Positions 1 to 12,586 are shown, counted from the stretch's first letter. The stretch: DNA of 64,000 nucleotides from Phenylobacterium deserti (GCA_945874825.1 CAMCIK010000004.1:4606-68605); one strand, 5' to 3'. The notes: generated by a model from the sequence alone, not told the origin. Translations and numbers: made by a program.

Positions 1-380
1 ACCCCGTCGAGGAGGTCAAGGTCGGCTTCGACCTTCTGAAGTCCCTGGGCCTGCGCCACCGGGGCGTGAACATCATCGCCTGCCCCTCCTGCGCCCGGCA
101 GGGGTTCGACGTCATCCGCACCGTAGAGACCCTCGAGGCCCGGCTGGCCCACATCGCCACGCCCATGAGCCTGTCCATCATCGGCTGCGTTGTGAACGGC
201 CCTGGTGAGGCCCTGATGACCGACGTCGGCTTCACGGGCGGAGGCAAGGGAGCAGGCATGGTCTACCTGGCCGGCAAGGCCGACCACAAGATGGACAACG
301 ACCGAATGGTCGAACACATCGTCGACCTTGTGGAACGCCGGGCGGCCGAACTTGAAAGCGCCGGAGGAGCCCCCACCTAG
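1..380 (+). CDS. ispG: 4-hydroxy-3-methylbut-2-en-1-yl diphosphate synthase IspG, C-terminal part (5' end outside window)
   Basis: Frame is open from the window edge. The tail [10 protein letters not shown]...[11 protein letters not shown] matches the IspG/GcpE Fe-S cysteine region as I know it. ORF-track entry 66..380 is the in-frame end. Confidence 0.85.
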   Translation, partial: PVEEVKVGFDLLKSLGLRHRGVNIIACPSCARQGFDVIRTVETLEARLAHIATPMSLSIIGCVVNGPGEALMTDVGFTGGGKGAGMVYLAGKADHKMDNDRMVEHIVDLVERRAAELESAGGAPT

Positions 381-477
381 GGGCGTCCACGGCGAACCCG
401 CCGGCGGCGAATAGAAGCGCCTCTTGCAAGGCCTCGCATGGCTTGATTAGGTGCCGCTTCACAAAGAGGAGAGAGCC

Positions 478-771
478 ATGTCTGCAGACGGCAACTGGAA
501 GATCACGATCAACACCCCGATGGGCGCTCAGGAAGTGAACGCCTCCATCACCACCAGCGGCGACACCTTCACCGGCAAGACCACCGGCCGCATGGGCGAC
601 CAGGACATCACCGGCAAGGTGGACGGCGACAAGCTGATCTGGTCCTCGGCCATCACCAGCCCCATGCCGATGACCCTGGAGTTCGAAGCCACCGTCAGCG
701 GCGACAGCCTTACGGGCAACGTCAAGCTCGGCGCCTTCGGCAACGCCAGCCTGAACGGCGTGCGCGTCTGA
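478..771 (+). CDS. small hypothetical protein (Gly/Thr-rich, no family recognised)
   Basis: ORF 451..771. The internal ATG at 478 is preceded by an AGGAGAG Shine-Dalgarno. No signal peptide is seen. Confidence 0.5.
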   Translation: MSADGNWKITINTPMGAQEVNASITTSGDTFTGKTTGRMGDQDITGKVDGDKLIWSSAITSPMPMTLEFEATVSGDSLTGNVKLGAFGNASLNGVRV

Positions 772-785
772 TCCCATCCGGATCC

Positions 786-811
786 GGGGTGGCCCTTCAA
801 AGGGCCGCCCC
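786..811 (+). terminator. stem-loop after the small ORF
   Basis: GGGGTGGCCC-ttcaaa-GGGCCGCCCC (10-bp stem with one G-U pair) about 15 nt after the stop at 771. No clear U tract. Confidence 0.45.
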
Positions 812-900
812 GACTTCCGCCGGAGCGACCCAGGGATTTGGCAAGCCGGACGCAGCGGGCTAGAAGCCTGCCTCCCGCCCCTCCCTGAAGATTCCGCACC

Positions 901-1977
901 GTGCGACTGCCCCAATCCCGTCTCGACCAGGTCCTCGGCCGCTTCCACGAGATCGAGGCCCGGATGTCCGCCGCCTCGGACGGTGCTGAGATCGTGCGCC
1001 TTTCCCGGGAACATGCAGAGCTGAAGCCGGTGGTCGAGGCTGTCCATGCGCTGGACAAGGTTCGGTCCGAGGCCCCCGAACTCGAAGAGATGGCCGCCTC
1101 CGGCGATCCCGACATGTCGGCCCTGGCCCGGGATGAGCTGGAGGGCCTGAAGGCGCGCCTGCCTGAACTGGAAAGGCAGGTCGCCTTGCTGCTGGCGCCC
1201 AGGGACCGTGACGAAAACGCTTCAGCCATCATCGAGGTCCGGGCCGGCACCGGCGGCGATGAGGCCGCACTCTTTGCCGGCGACCTCTTCCGCATGTACC
1301 AGCGCTACGCCGCCCTGCACGGCTGGCGGATCGAGATCGACTCCGTCTCGGAGGGCGAAGTCGGCGGCTACAAGGAAATCATCGCCGCGATCACTGGCGA
1401 CGGCGTCTTTGGCAGGCTCAAGTTCGAGAGCGGCGTGCATCGGGTGCAAAGGGTTCCCGAGACCGAGGCGGGCGGGCGGATCCACACCTCCGCCGCCACC
1501 GTCGCCGTCCTGCCAGAGGTCGAGGACGTCGATATCGAGATCCGCGAGGCGGACCTGCGCATCGATACCTACCGGTCCTCGGGGGCCGGCGGACAGCACG
1601 TCAACAAGACCGACTCCGCCGTGCGTATCACCCACCTCCCCACCGGCATCGTCGTGACCTCGTCCGAGAAGTCGCAGCACCAGAACCGGGCGCGGGCGAT
1701 GAAGGTCCTGCAGGCCCGCCTCTACGACATGAAGCGCGAGGCCCTGGACACCGCCCGGGCCGACTCCCGTCGTAGCCAGGTGGGCTCAGGCGACCGGTCA
1801 GAGCGCATCCGCACCTACAATTTTCCCCAGGGGCGGGTGACCGACCACCGGATCAACCTGACCCTCTACAACTTGACCAAGGTGCTCGAGGGGGAGGCCC
1901 TGGACGACATCATCAACCCCCTGATTGCCGAGGACCAGGCCGAGCGGCTGGCCAGCCTCGAAGCGGAGTTTGCCTGA
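901..1977 (+). CDS. prfA: peptide chain release factor 1
   Basis: 358 aa. GGQ motif ([11 protein letters not shown]) and RF1-type P-x-T tripeptide (PET). GTG start. Confidence 0.93.
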   Translation: MRLPQSRLDQVLGRFHEIEARMSAASDGAEIVRLSREHAELKPVVEAVHALDKVRSEAPELEEMAASGDPDMSALARDELEGLKARLPELERQVALLLAPRDRDENASAIIEVRAGTGGDEAALFAGDLFRMYQRYAALHGWRIEIDSVSEGEVGGYKEIIAAITGDGVFGRLKFESGVHRVQRVPETEAGGRIHTSAATVAVLPEVEDVDIEIREADLRIDTYRSSGAGGQHVNKTDSAVRITHLPTGIVVTSSEKSQHQNRARAMKVLQARLYDMKREALDTARADSRRSQVGSGDRSERIRTYNFPQGRVTDHRINLTLYNLTKVLEGEALDDIINPLIAEDQAERLASLEAEFA

Positions 1978-2741
1978 TGGAAGCTCTCATCACCGGAATG
2001 TTCCGCTATCCGGTCAAGGGCTTCTCGGCCGAGTCCCTCTCCCAGGCCGAACTGATCCCGGGCCGGGCCATCGCCCAGGACCGACGCTGGGTGGTGGAGA
2101 ACGGACCTTCCGGTTTCGATCCGGCCGCCCCCCGCTATGTCCCCAAGATGAAGTTCGCGGTCCTGGCCGCCCACCCGGTCGTCGCCTCGGCCCGCACCCG
2201 GGTCGAGGGAACGGACCTCTCCGCCTCGGCGCCCGGGCATCCGGACTTCCGGGGGGACCTCGCGGCCGAGGCCGGACGCGACGGCTTCGCCGGCTGGGTC
2301 GGGAGACTGCTGGGCGAGGACGCCCACGACGGTGTCCGTGTGCTCGAGGCGCCGGACTATCAGTTCCTTGACCACCCCGCCGGCCACATCTCCATCGTCA
2401 ACCTGGCCAGCGTCCGGGACCTGGAGGCCCGGATCGGGCAACCGGTGGACCCCATGCGGTTCCGCGCCAACCTCTATGTCGAGGGCTGGCCCCCCTGGGT
2501 CGAGAACGGTTGGAAGGGCCGCAGCCTGCTGGTCGGCTTCGCCCGCACTACGGTCTTTGCCCCCATCGTCCGCTGCGCCGCGACCGAGGTGGACCCGCAG
2601 ACCGCCGAGAAGGACATGCCCCTGGTGGAGCACCTGTTCGACCAGTACGGCCACCGGGACTGCGGGATCTATGTCCAGGTCTCCCACGGCGGGACAGTTC
2701 GGGTCGGCGACGCCTGCAGCACGCCGGGCGAACCTGAATGA
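1977..2741 (+). CDS. MOSC domain-containing protein
   Basis: 254 aa. The N-terminal FRYPVKG beta-barrel-type start and the C-terminal region resemble MOSC proteins (recognition, not a search). Its start overlaps the prfA stop (TGATG) and its stop overlaps the prmC start (ATGA). Confidence 0.65.
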   Translation: MEALITGMFRYPVKGFSAESLSQAELIPGRAIAQDRRWVVENGPSGFDPAAPRYVPKMKFAVLAAHPVVASARTRVEGTDLSASAPGHPDFRGDLAAEAGRDGFAGWVGRLLGEDAHDGVRVLEAPDYQFLDHPAGHISIVNLASVRDLEARIGQPVDPMRFRANLYVEGWPPWVENGWKGRSLLVGFARTTVFAPIVRCAATEVDPQTAEKDMPLVEHLFDQYGHRDCGIYVQVSHGGTVRVGDACSTPGEPE

Positions 2742-3607
2742 GTCGCAACCTCTTGCAGGCCTGGCAGGACGCGCGGTCCCGCCTTGAGGCTGCAGGCGTG
2801 CCGGGACCGGTCATCGACGCCCGGGTCCTGGTGGAGGCCGCCTGCGGTGTGACCCGGGCGGACATTGTCGGCGACCCCCACCGGGAGCTCTCCGCAGCGC
2901 AGGTCGAGCGGCTGGACGCCTACCTGGAGCGCCGCATTCGCCGGGAGCCTGTCAGCCACATCCTCGGGCGGAAGGGGTTCTGGAACATCATGCTCGGGGT
3001 GACCGCCGACGTCCTGACGCCGAGACCCGAGACCGAGGTCATCGTCGACCACGCCCTTCGCCTGTTCCCGGAAGGGCGGCCCTTCAGGATCCTGGACCTG
3101 GGGGTCGGGTCCGGTGCCATCCTCCTGGCGATCCTGGCCGAGCGCCCGGCAGCGCGGGGCCTGGGGATCGATGTCTCCGAAGAGGCCCTGGCCGTGGCCA
3201 GGGACAATGCGGCGCGCCTGGGTCTCGCAGACCGAATCGCCCTGCTCCGGGGGGACTGGAGCGGCGGCCTTGCCGGTTCGGAATTCGACCTGGTGGTCTC
3301 CAATCCGCCCTACATTGCCAGTCCGGTCATCGAGACCCTGGATCCAGAAGTTCGGGACTATGAACCCCGCATCGCCCTGGATGGCGGTCCCGACGGCCTG
3401 GAGGCCTACCGGCAGCTGGCTCCCGAGGTCCTTCGGATGCTACGGCCCGGCGGGCGGTTCCTGGTCGAGATCGGTTACGACCAGAGGGCCGCCGCAGAGT
3501 CCCTCTTCAGGGCGGCAGGGGCCATGGAAGTCGAGACCTTGAAGGACCTGTCCACCCACGACCGTGTGGTGACCGGCATGAAAAACCCCTTGGAAACGAA
3601 CGACTGA
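2738..3607 (+). CDS. prmC: release factor glutamine N5-methyltransferase PrmC/HemK
   Basis: 289 aa. SAM-binding LDLGVGSG and NPPY motif (VVSNPPYI). Classic position downstream of prfA. Confidence 0.9.
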   Translation: MSRNLLQAWQDARSRLEAAGVPGPVIDARVLVEAACGVTRADIVGDPHRELSAAQVERLDAYLERRIRREPVSHILGRKGFWNIMLGVTADVLTPRPETEVIVDHALRLFPEGRPFRILDLGVGSGAILLAILAERPAARGLGIDVSEEALAVARDNAARLGLADRIALLRGDWSGGLAGSEFDLVVSNPPYIASPVIETLDPEVRDYEPRIALDGGPDGLEAYRQLAPEVLRMLRPGGRFLVEIGYDQRAAAESLFRAAGAMEVETLKDLSTHDRVVTGMKNPLETND

Positions 3608-3848
3608 GCCGCTAGACGGGTGACCTGTCTCCACCCAAACCGCCGACGAACAGGACCGCCTGACCCTCGGGATCAGACCGGAGGCCTCGCCGGCAGGCCG
3701 TTCCGTGAACAACGAAACGCCAGGCTCCAGGTGGAACGACGGGGATATTTCAGCTTCGGATCACTTTCGCCGGGACGCCCCGGTGCACAGGCCAGAAGAA
3801 CAGGCCAAGCCCGGTCCACGAGGACACGGGACATCGGAATGGCGGGAC

Positions 3849-4775
3849 ATGAGAGATTTCAAGGGCATGAAGCGTCAGCGCGGTCGCAATCGCGGCGCGG
3901 TAGGCAAGCCTCAGCAACACAACGCCAACCGGGCCTTAGAGTCCAATGGGCCTGAAGGCATCAAGGTTCGCGGAAGCGCCCAGATCGTCTACGAAAAGTA
4001 CCAGCAGCTCGCGCGGGACGCGGGTTCCGCCGGTGACCGCGTCCTCGCCGAGAACTTCCTGCAGCACGCAGAGCACTATTTCCGCCTGATCCGGGCCATG
4101 CAGCCCAGCCGGCCCGCCTCCGAGATCATCGGCCGCGACCAGCTCAACTCCGGCTTTGACGTCGATTTCGAGGATGAGTCGGGCGAGGGCCTCGAGGCCG
4201 AGACGGTCGAAACCGAGGCCGAAGCCCGCGATCGGGGCGGATGGCGCGACCGGCCCCGAGACCGGGATGACCGGCCCCGGGATGAGAGACCGAGGGAAGA
4301 GCGATATCGCGATGACCGTCCCCGGGACGAGCGCCCGCGTGAGGAACGACCGAGGGACGAGCGGCCGAGGGACGACAGGCCTAGGGATGAAAGGCCGAGG
4401 GATGAGCGGCCGAGGGAAGAACGGCCAAGGGATGAACGGCCAAGGGATGAACGGCCAAGAAATGACCGCATAGACGGCGGACGACGGGATCGCTGGCGCG
4501 ACCGCGACGACCGGCCGGAACGCCCGAAGGAAGACCGCCCCGAGCGGGATCCCATGGCGGTGATCGAACCCAGTGGCGGTGCCATGACCGGCGGGGAGGA
4601 CCGCGAGCCTTCGCCGACCCTCCGCAGCGAGGACGGAGCCGAGAGCCACGCCCCGGACTTCCTGCGTCCCCGGCGTCCCCGCGTCGAGGCTGAGGTTGGA
4701 GAACAGCGCCCCGCGCGCCGGCGGCGCGCGCCCCGCAGCTTCGAAGGTGGCGAAGGCCAGGACAGCGAGGGCTGA
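3849..4775 (+). CDS. DUF4167 domain-containing protein with RDERP low-complexity tail
   Basis: KRQRGRNRG...VYEKYQQLARDA...AENFLQHAEHYFRLI matches the DUF4167 core as I recall it. The track ORF starts at 3705, but family-like sequence begins at ATG 3849 or 3867, so the start is uncertain. Confidence 0.7.
   Translation: MRDFKGMKRQRGRNRGAVGKPQQHNANRALESNGPEGIKVRGSAQIVYEKYQQLARDAGSAGDRVLAENFLQHAEHYFRLIRAMQPSRPASEIIGRDQLNSGFDVDFEDESGEGLEAETVETEAEARDRGGWRDRPRDRDDRPRDERPREERYRDDRPRDERPREERPRDERPRDDRPRDERPRDERPREERPRDERPRDERPRNDRIDGGRRDRWRDRDDRPERPKEDRPERDPMAVIEPSGGAMTGGEDREPSPTLRSEDGAESHAPDFLRPRRPRVEAEVGEQRPARRRRAPRSFEGGEGQDSEG
4248..4469 (+). repeat. in-frame 15-bp (pentapeptide R-D-E-R-P) tandem repeat inside the DUF4167 gene
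   Basis: About 14 consecutive degenerate 15-bp units. The last three (gatgaacggccaagg type) are nearly identical. Confidence 0.85.
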
Positions 4776-4819
4776 GCCCCGCGGTTGCGTCCCGTCGACT
4801 TCGGGTCTAGCCCTTTCGC

Positions 4820-5302
4820 ATGGCGCATGACTGCAGACATGATGATGGCCCAAGGCAGGGCCTCAGCGGCCCCGGACTTGCGGAGGCCCTGCTGGAGGCC
4901 GAGCGCCTGTGCAGCGTCGCCCGCGAGCGTCTGACGCCGCCACGGCGAAGGGTGCTGGAACTGCTTCTGGAGGCCGAGGCGCCCCTCAAGGCCTATGACA
5001 TGATCGCCGCCTATGCCTCGGGCGGCCCTCCAGCCAAACCCCCGACGGTCTACCGGGCCCTGGATTTCCTGGAGAAGCAGGGCTTCGCCCACCGGATCGA
5101 GAGCCTGAACGCCTATGTTCCCTGCCGGATCCGGGGTGCCGAACACAGGGCGGCCTTCCTGATCTGCGAATGCTGCGGATCGGCCCAGGAGGTCGAGCCA
5201 GACTTCTCCCCGGTGCTGGCGGCGGCCGGGCTGGCCGGGTATTCCATCCGCGGCCTGACCCTCGAGGCCCGCGGCCTCTGCCCCGCCTGCCGCGACGCCT
5301 GA
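4820..5302 (+). CDS. zur: Fur-family zinc uptake regulator Zur
   Basis: 160 aa. PTVYRALDFLEKQGFAHRIES...FLICECCG...GLCPAC closely parallels E. coli Zur as I remember it. Confidence 0.75.
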   Translation: MAHDCRHDDGPRQGLSGPGLAEALLEAERLCSVARERLTPPRRRVLELLLEAEAPLKAYDMIAAYASGGPPAKPPTVYRALDFLEKQGFAHRIESLNAYVPCRIRGAEHRAAFLICECCGSAQEVEPDFSPVLAAAGLAGYSIRGLTLEARGLCPACRDA

Positions 5303-5317
5303 TCCCGGCGGCCGGCC

Positions 5318-5743
5318 ATGATCGAGGTCACCCCACAGATCCTCATCCCGGAAGATGAGATCACCGAGAAGTTCATCCGCGCGGCGGGGCCGGGCGGCCA
5401 GAACGTCAACAAGGTCTCGACCGCCGTCGAGCTGCGGTTTGACGTCCGAAGGTCCCCTTCCCTTCCCAACGATATCGCCCTACGCCTGATGAAGCTGGCC
5501 GGTCGGCGCCTGACCCAGGACGGCGTGCTGGTGCTCAGTGTCATGACCCACCGCAGCCAGGAGCGGAACCGGGCTGAAGCCCTTCAGCGCCTGGTAGACC
5601 TCATCCGCAAGGCGGCCGAGCCGCCCCCGCCGCCCCGCAAGCGCACCCGCCCGACACTGGCGTCCAAGGTCCGGCGGGTGGAAGGCAAGGTCCGCCGGGG
5701 CGGCGTGAAGTCCCTTCGGGGGAAGGTGCGGGGCGAGGACTGA
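5318..5743 (+). CDS. arfB: alternative ribosome rescue factor ArfB (YaeJ), peptidyl-tRNA hydrolase
   Basis: 141 aa. GGQ motif (GPGGQNVNKVSTAVELRFD) plus a basic C-terminal tail. Confidence 0.85.
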   Translation: MIEVTPQILIPEDEITEKFIRAAGPGGQNVNKVSTAVELRFDVRRSPSLPNDIALRLMKLAGRRLTQDGVLVLSVMTHRSQERNRAEALQRLVDLIRKAAEPPPPPRKRTRPTLASKVRRVEGKVRRGGVKSLRGKVRGED

Positions 5744-5762
5744 GCCCCGCCCCGCTTCCGGG

Positions 5763-8345
<2,583 letters not shown>

Positions 8346-8413
8346 ATTTCCCCTCGTAAGGCGGATGCCCGACGGTCGCCTTGATCAAGCGCAACCGCCT
8401 TAGCGGGGATGTA

Positions 8414-8433
8414 GTGTGGCGCTTCCGCCACAC
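8414..8433 (-). terminator. hairpin between the peptidase stop and the clpB start
   Basis: Perfect GTGTGGCG-cttc-CGCCACAC inverted repeat about 20 nt after the stop at 8454. No U tract. Confidence 0.4.
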
Positions 8434-8453
8434 AAGAGGTCCAGGGGCCGCGA

Positions 8454-9872
8454 TCAGTTCCGGGCGTAGAGCTTGACCACCTCGTAGAGGAAGTCCCGAC
8501 CCTCATAGAGGGCCTGGACGCTGATCCGCTCGTTGAGACCGTGGGCCCCGCTGTCGCCGGGCGGGCTGAACATGCCCGAGAGGCCATAGGTCGGAACACC
8601 GGTCGCCAGCAGGAACCGGCCGTCCGTGGCCCCGGTCGCCATGGCCGGGACGATGGGGACACCAGGCCACATGGCCGACGCCACCGTGGTCGCGGGCCCC
8701 ATGATGCGGGCGTTCAGGGGCGGCGGGGGCGAGACTGGGCTGGGCTTGCCGACAGTCTCCACGGCGATCCCCGGATCGTTGATCGCCAGGGTCAGGGCCT
8801 TGCGAACATCCTCGACCTTCTCGCCGGGCAGGATGCGGCAGTTGACGTTGGCCTCCGCCCTCTGGGGAAGGGCGTTAGGCGCATGACCGGCCTGTACCTG
8901 GGTAGGAACACAGGTGGTGCGCATCATGGAGTTACGGCCCGGCGATCGCGCCAGCAGGGCGGCGGCGTCCGCATCAGAGGAGTTGGCGGCCATGGCCTTC
9001 ATCGCCGCCCCGGTCTCGCCGCCCTCGATGTCGGCCATCCGGGCGTAGTGGTTGCGGGTGGCTTCGTTCAGGGCGATCGGGAAGTCGTAGGCGCCGATCC
9101 GGGTAAGGCCCGCCGACAGGCGCACGATGGCGTTGTCCTTGACCGGACGGGAGGAGTGTCCACCGGGATTGGTGATCCGCAGGGTGAAGTCCTGGTAGAC
9201 CTTCTCACCCGCCTGGATGCCCAGGAAGACCTTCCGGCCATTGGCATCGACCTGTCCGCCGGCACCCTCGTTCAGGGCGAACTCGGCGTCCAGCAGTTCG
9301 GGACGGTTGGCGATCAGCCATTCCACGCCGTTGAAATTGTCGGGGGTCTCCTCGCCGCAGGTCAGGGCGAGGCGGAGGCTGCGCTTCGGCTTAAACCCCT
9401 CACGCTTGTAGCGGATCATGTTGTCGGCGAAGGCGGCGGCCATCGCCTTGTCGTCGGTTGCGCCCCGCGCATAGAAGAAGCCGTTCTCCTCCACCAGGGT
9501 GAAGGGATCGCGCTCCCAGTCCGCCCGGTTGGCCTCGACCACGTCAATGTGGGCCAGCAAGAGGATGGGCTTCAGCTTCGGGTCCGTCCCCGCGAGGGTG
9601 GCGACCAGGGCGCCCTGCTTCGGCTGCTCAGGCGGGACCACGATCTCCATCTCCCGGTCCGTGTAGCCGGCAGCCTTCAGGCGCACGGCCAGTTTCTCTG
9701 AGGCCACGGTGCAGCTGCCGGAGGACAGGGTGGTGTTGGTCTCGATCAGCTCCTTGTAGAGCTCGCGGAAGGCGGCCTGGTCCGGTCTCAGCCCCGCCGG
9801 GGCGGGCGGCGCGGCGAGGGCAGGCGCGGCGGCCATCAGGGCGACGCCGGCGATCAGCAGGGAACGGAACAT
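8454..9872 (-). CDS. M20/M25/M40 family metallopeptidase, secreted
   Basis: Track ORF runs 8454..9896. ATG 9872 is preceded by AAGGAGG and gives a signal peptide (MFRSLLIAGVALMAAAPALA). M20-like ...LLLAHIDVV...GATDDK... motifs are present. Confidence 0.8.
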   Translation of the reverse strand: MFRSLLIAGVALMAAAPALAAPPAPAGLRPDQAAFRELYKELIETNTTLSSGSCTVASEKLAVRLKAAGYTDREMEIVVPPEQPKQGALVATLAGTDPKLKPILLLAHIDVVEANRADWERDPFTLVEENGFFYARGATDDKAMAAAFADNMIRYKREGFKPKRSLRLALTCGEETPDNFNGVEWLIANRPELLDAEFALNEGAGGQVDANGRKVFLGIQAGEKVYQDFTLRITNPGGHSSRPVKDNAIVRLSAGLTRIGAYDFPIALNEATRNHYARMADIEGGETGAAMKAMAANSSDADAAALLARSPGRNSMMRTTCVPTQVQAGHAPNALPQRAEANVNCRILPGEKVEDVRKALTLAINDPGIAVETVGKPSPVSPPPPLNARIMGPATTVASAMWPGVPIVPAMATGATDGRFLLATGVPTYGLSGMFSPPGDSGAHGLNERISVQALYEGRDFLYEVVKLYARN

Positions 9873-9999
9873 GTGGCCTCCTTGGAAGGCGACCATCCTA
9901 GACCCCCGCGCACCCCGGCGCCTATGGCTTGAAGGGGCTTTTCAACCCCGGGAGGGAGAGGCATAAAGTGTTTACTTTCTTTCAGTTGGGAGGCTGAAA

Positions 10000-11064
10000 A
10001 TGAAAACCGCCGCACTCGCCCTGGCGTCCGCCATGTCCCTCGCCCTGACCCCGGTGGCGGAGGCCTGTTCCCGGGCAACCTGGCTGGGGGACGACGGCTC
10101 GGTGATCACCGGCCGGTCCATGGATTGGCCCTATGACTTCAACACCCATTTCTACGTCATTCCGCGGGGGTTCCAGAACGAGGGGATCAAGGGCGGACTG
10201 ACCTGGGCCAGCAAGTTCGGGACCGTGGTGGCGGCGGGCTCCATGACCCCCGGCGGTCCGATCGACGGGGCCTTCGACGGCGTCAACGAGAAAGGACTTG
10301 GGGCCAACCTGCTCTATCTCGCCGAGGCCGACTTCGGCCCTGCGCCCGGCTCGGCCAAGCCGCGGATCTCCATGGGCGCCTGGGTGCAGTACGTCCTGTC
10401 GAACTACGCGACGGTCTCGGAGGTGATCGAGGCCCTGAAGTCGGACCCGATCTACATCGTCCCGTCGAACTTCGGCCCGGGCGGCGCGGGACACCCCACC
10501 GTCCACCTGTCGATCAGCGACGCGACCGGGGACTCCGCGGTGATCGAGTACATCAAGGGCAAGCCGGTCATCCACCACAACCGGGCCTACCAGGTCATGA
10601 CCAACAGCCCGACCTTCGATCGCCAGCTGACCCTGAACGACTACTGGAGCCGGATGGACGGCTCAAAGGTCCTGCCCGGCTCGCACCAGTCCGAGGACCG
10701 CTTCGTGCGGGCCAGCTACTACCTCAAGCGCCTGGGCACGAGCGAGACTGACACCCGAAAGCAGGTGGCCGGGGTCTTCTCGGTGATGCGCAATGTTTCG
10801 GTGCCCTGGGGCGCCCCGGATCCCGACCATCCGAACATCGCCCCCACCTACTGGCGGACAGTCATCGACCACACCCGCGGGGTCTACTACTTCGAATCCG
10901 CTCTCAGCCCCTACGTAGTGGCCCTGGACCTCAAATCCCTCGACTTCTCGCCCAGGGCAGGGGTGCGAAGCGTGGCCCTCGAGGGCAAGGACAGCTATTC
11001 CCTCGTCGGCCTGATCAACAAGTCCCTGAAGCCAACGGCGCCCATCGCCTACCTGGCGCCCTGA
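10000..11064 (+). CDS. linear amide C-N hydrolase, choloylglycine hydrolase (Ntn) family
   Basis: 354 aa. A signal peptide ends in ...AEA-CSRATW, which exposes the N-terminal nucleophile Cys typical of this family. GGGAGG SD. Confidence 0.8.
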   Translation: MKTAALALASAMSLALTPVAEACSRATWLGDDGSVITGRSMDWPYDFNTHFYVIPRGFQNEGIKGGLTWASKFGTVVAAGSMTPGGPIDGAFDGVNEKGLGANLLYLAEADFGPAPGSAKPRISMGAWVQYVLSNYATVSEVIEALKSDPIYIVPSNFGPGGAGHPTVHLSISDATGDSAVIEYIKGKPVIHHNRAYQVMTNSPTFDRQLTLNDYWSRMDGSKVLPGSHQSEDRFVRASYYLKRLGTSETDTRKQVAGVFSVMRNVSVPWGAPDPDHPNIAPTYWRTVIDHTRGVYYFESALSPYVVALDLKSLDFSPRAGVRSVALEGKDSYSLVGLINKSLKPTAPIAYLAP

Positions 11065-11071
11065 GGCTGGA

Positions 11072-11500
11072 TCAGTTGAGGTCCTGTCGGTCGGGCGGGA
11101 CCTGCGGCAGCGGCGCAACGGGCACCCCGTCCTCGACGAGGGCGCGGGCCTCCTTGGGCGTGGCCTCGCCGTAGATCCCGCGTTCCTCGGACCGCCCCTC
11201 GTGGATGGCCCGGGCCTCGCGGGCGAAGGTGTCGCCGACATAGTCGAAGTTGTCCTCGACGTGCCGGCGCACCCGGCTGACCATCTCCATCATCATCTCG
11301 CGGGAGGGGCCGGGAACCGACCCCGTCTTGCCCTTCGAGGTGACGACGGCGGGCGCCATGATCTGCTTGCGCACCTCCGGCGACCCGCACATCGGGCAGG
11401 AGACGAGCCCCCGGGCCGACTGGTCGTCAAAGTCGCTGGAGCCGCCGAACCAGCCCTCGAAGGCGTGGCCGGCCCCGCAAGAAAGGGCGTAGCGGATCAC
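11072..11500 (-). CDS. DUF1178 family protein
   Basis: 142 aa. MIRYALSCGAGHAFEGWF...CPMCGS is the DUF1178 zinc-ribbon-like N-terminus. The GTG start overlaps the upstream stop (GTGA). Confidence 0.75.
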   Translation of the reverse strand: MIRYALSCGAGHAFEGWFGGSSDFDDQSARGLVSCPMCGSPEVRKQIMAPAVVTSKGKTGSVPGPSREMMMEMVSRVRRHVEDNFDYVGDTFAREARAIHEGRSEERGIYGEATPKEARALVEDGVPVAPLPQVPPDRQDLN

Positions 11501-12327
11501 GCCAGGGGCTCCGGGCCCGAGAAGGCGCGGGCGTTGGCCAGGGCCGGGATGGACCGGCGGGCGCGGGCGGCGGCCGGAAGGTCAAGGTCCACCACCAGGA
11601 CCCCGGGCTCGTCATGGTCGAGGACGCCCAGGACCTCACCCCAGGGCCCCACCGCCAGGCTGCGTCCCCAGGTGCCCCGGCCATCCTCGTGGAAGCCGCC
11701 CTGGGCCGGAGCCAGGACGAAGCTGCCGGTCTCGATGGCCCGGGAACGGAGAAGGATCTCCCAGTGCGCCTCCCCCGTCGGCCGGGTGAAGGCGGCGGGT
11801 ACGGTCATCACCTCGGCCCCGGCCAGGGCCAGGGCGCGATAGAGGGCGGGGAACCGCATGTCGTAGCAGATGGACAGGCCCAGCCGGGCCTCGCCGACGC
11901 GGGCGGTCACCGCCCGGTCGCCGGGCGCGTAGGCGGCACTCTCCCGGGCGGTCTCACCCGTGGGCAGGTCGACGTCGAACATATGCAGCTTGTCGTAGGC
12001 GGCGGCGATCTCGCCGTCTGGACCCACGAGCAGGCTACGGTTGGCCGCCTTCTCGCCGCCGGCGTCCACCAGGGCCGAGCCGACCAGGATGTGCACGCCG
12101 CGCTCGCGCGCCAGGTCCCGAAGGCCGCAGATCACCGGATCGGCCTCGACGGTGGTCAGGGACGCCCTCAGGCGGTCGCGGTCCTTCTGCAGGATGTTGG
12201 TCCCCTCCGGGGTCAGGATCAGCTCTGCACCTGAGTCCGCAGCCTGGCGCACCAGGCGCAGGACATGATCCAACGCCGCCGCCTGCGAAGCCGGCGTCCG
12301 GGTCTGGACCAGGGCGACGCGCACCAC
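11497..12327 (-). CDS. carbon-nitrogen hydrolase (nitrilase superfamily) protein
   Basis: Track ORF extends to 12510 but overlaps grxC. A GTG at 12327/12324 directly after the grxC stop gives VRVALVQT..., the usual start of this family. Cys-containing LSICYDMRFP motif is present. Confidence 0.8.
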   Translation of the reverse strand: MVRVALVQTRTPASQAAALDHVLRLVRQAADSGAELILTPEGTNILQKDRDRLRASLTTVEADPVICGLRDLARERGVHILVGSALVDAGGEKAANRSLLVGPDGEIAAAYDKLHMFDVDLPTGETARESAAYAPGDRAVTARVGEARLGLSICYDMRFPALYRALALAGAEVMTVPAAFTRPTGEAHWEILLRSRAIETGSFVLAPAQGGFHEDGRGTWGRSLAVGPWGEVLGVLDHDEPGVLVVDLDLPAAARARRSIPALANARAFSGPEPLA

Positions 12328-12328
12328 C

Positions 12329-12586
12329 TCAGCCCGCCAGGAGGGTGTCGAGGCGGCCCTTCGCATCCAGGTCATGAAGGTCGTCGCAACCCCCCACGTG
12401 CCGGTCACCGATGAAGATCTGCGGATAGGTGGCCGCGCCGCCGGACTTCTGCAGCATCTCGGCCCGAAGATTGGCGTCGAAGGCGGCCTCGATCTCGGTG
12501 ACCTCGGCACCCTTGCGTTCGAGCAGGCCCAGGGCCCGCACGCAGTAGGGGCAGAAGGGCTTGGTATAGATGGTCACGGCGGCCAT
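12329..12586 (-). CDS. grxC: glutaredoxin 3
   Basis: 85 aa. CPYC active site and TYPQIFIG...GGCDDL motifs. Confidence 0.92.
   Translation of the reverse strand: MAAVTIYTKPFCPYCVRALGLLERKGAEVTEIEAAFDANLRAEMLQKSGGAATYPQIFIGDRHVGGCDDLHDLDAKGRLDTLLAG

Noticed and set aside
4248-4469. Regular 15-bp repeats considered as a CRISPR-like or minisatellite array
   Set aside because: The units are contiguous without spacers, in frame, and translate to the RDERP low-complexity tail of a conserved protein. Not CRISPR.
8346-8453. Sigma-32 heat-shock promoter upstream of clpB
   Set aside because: Expected biologically, but I could not find a convincing CTTGAA-N13-17-CCCCAT match. Only a CTTG...CTACAT approximation overlaps the hairpin, which is too weak to annotate.
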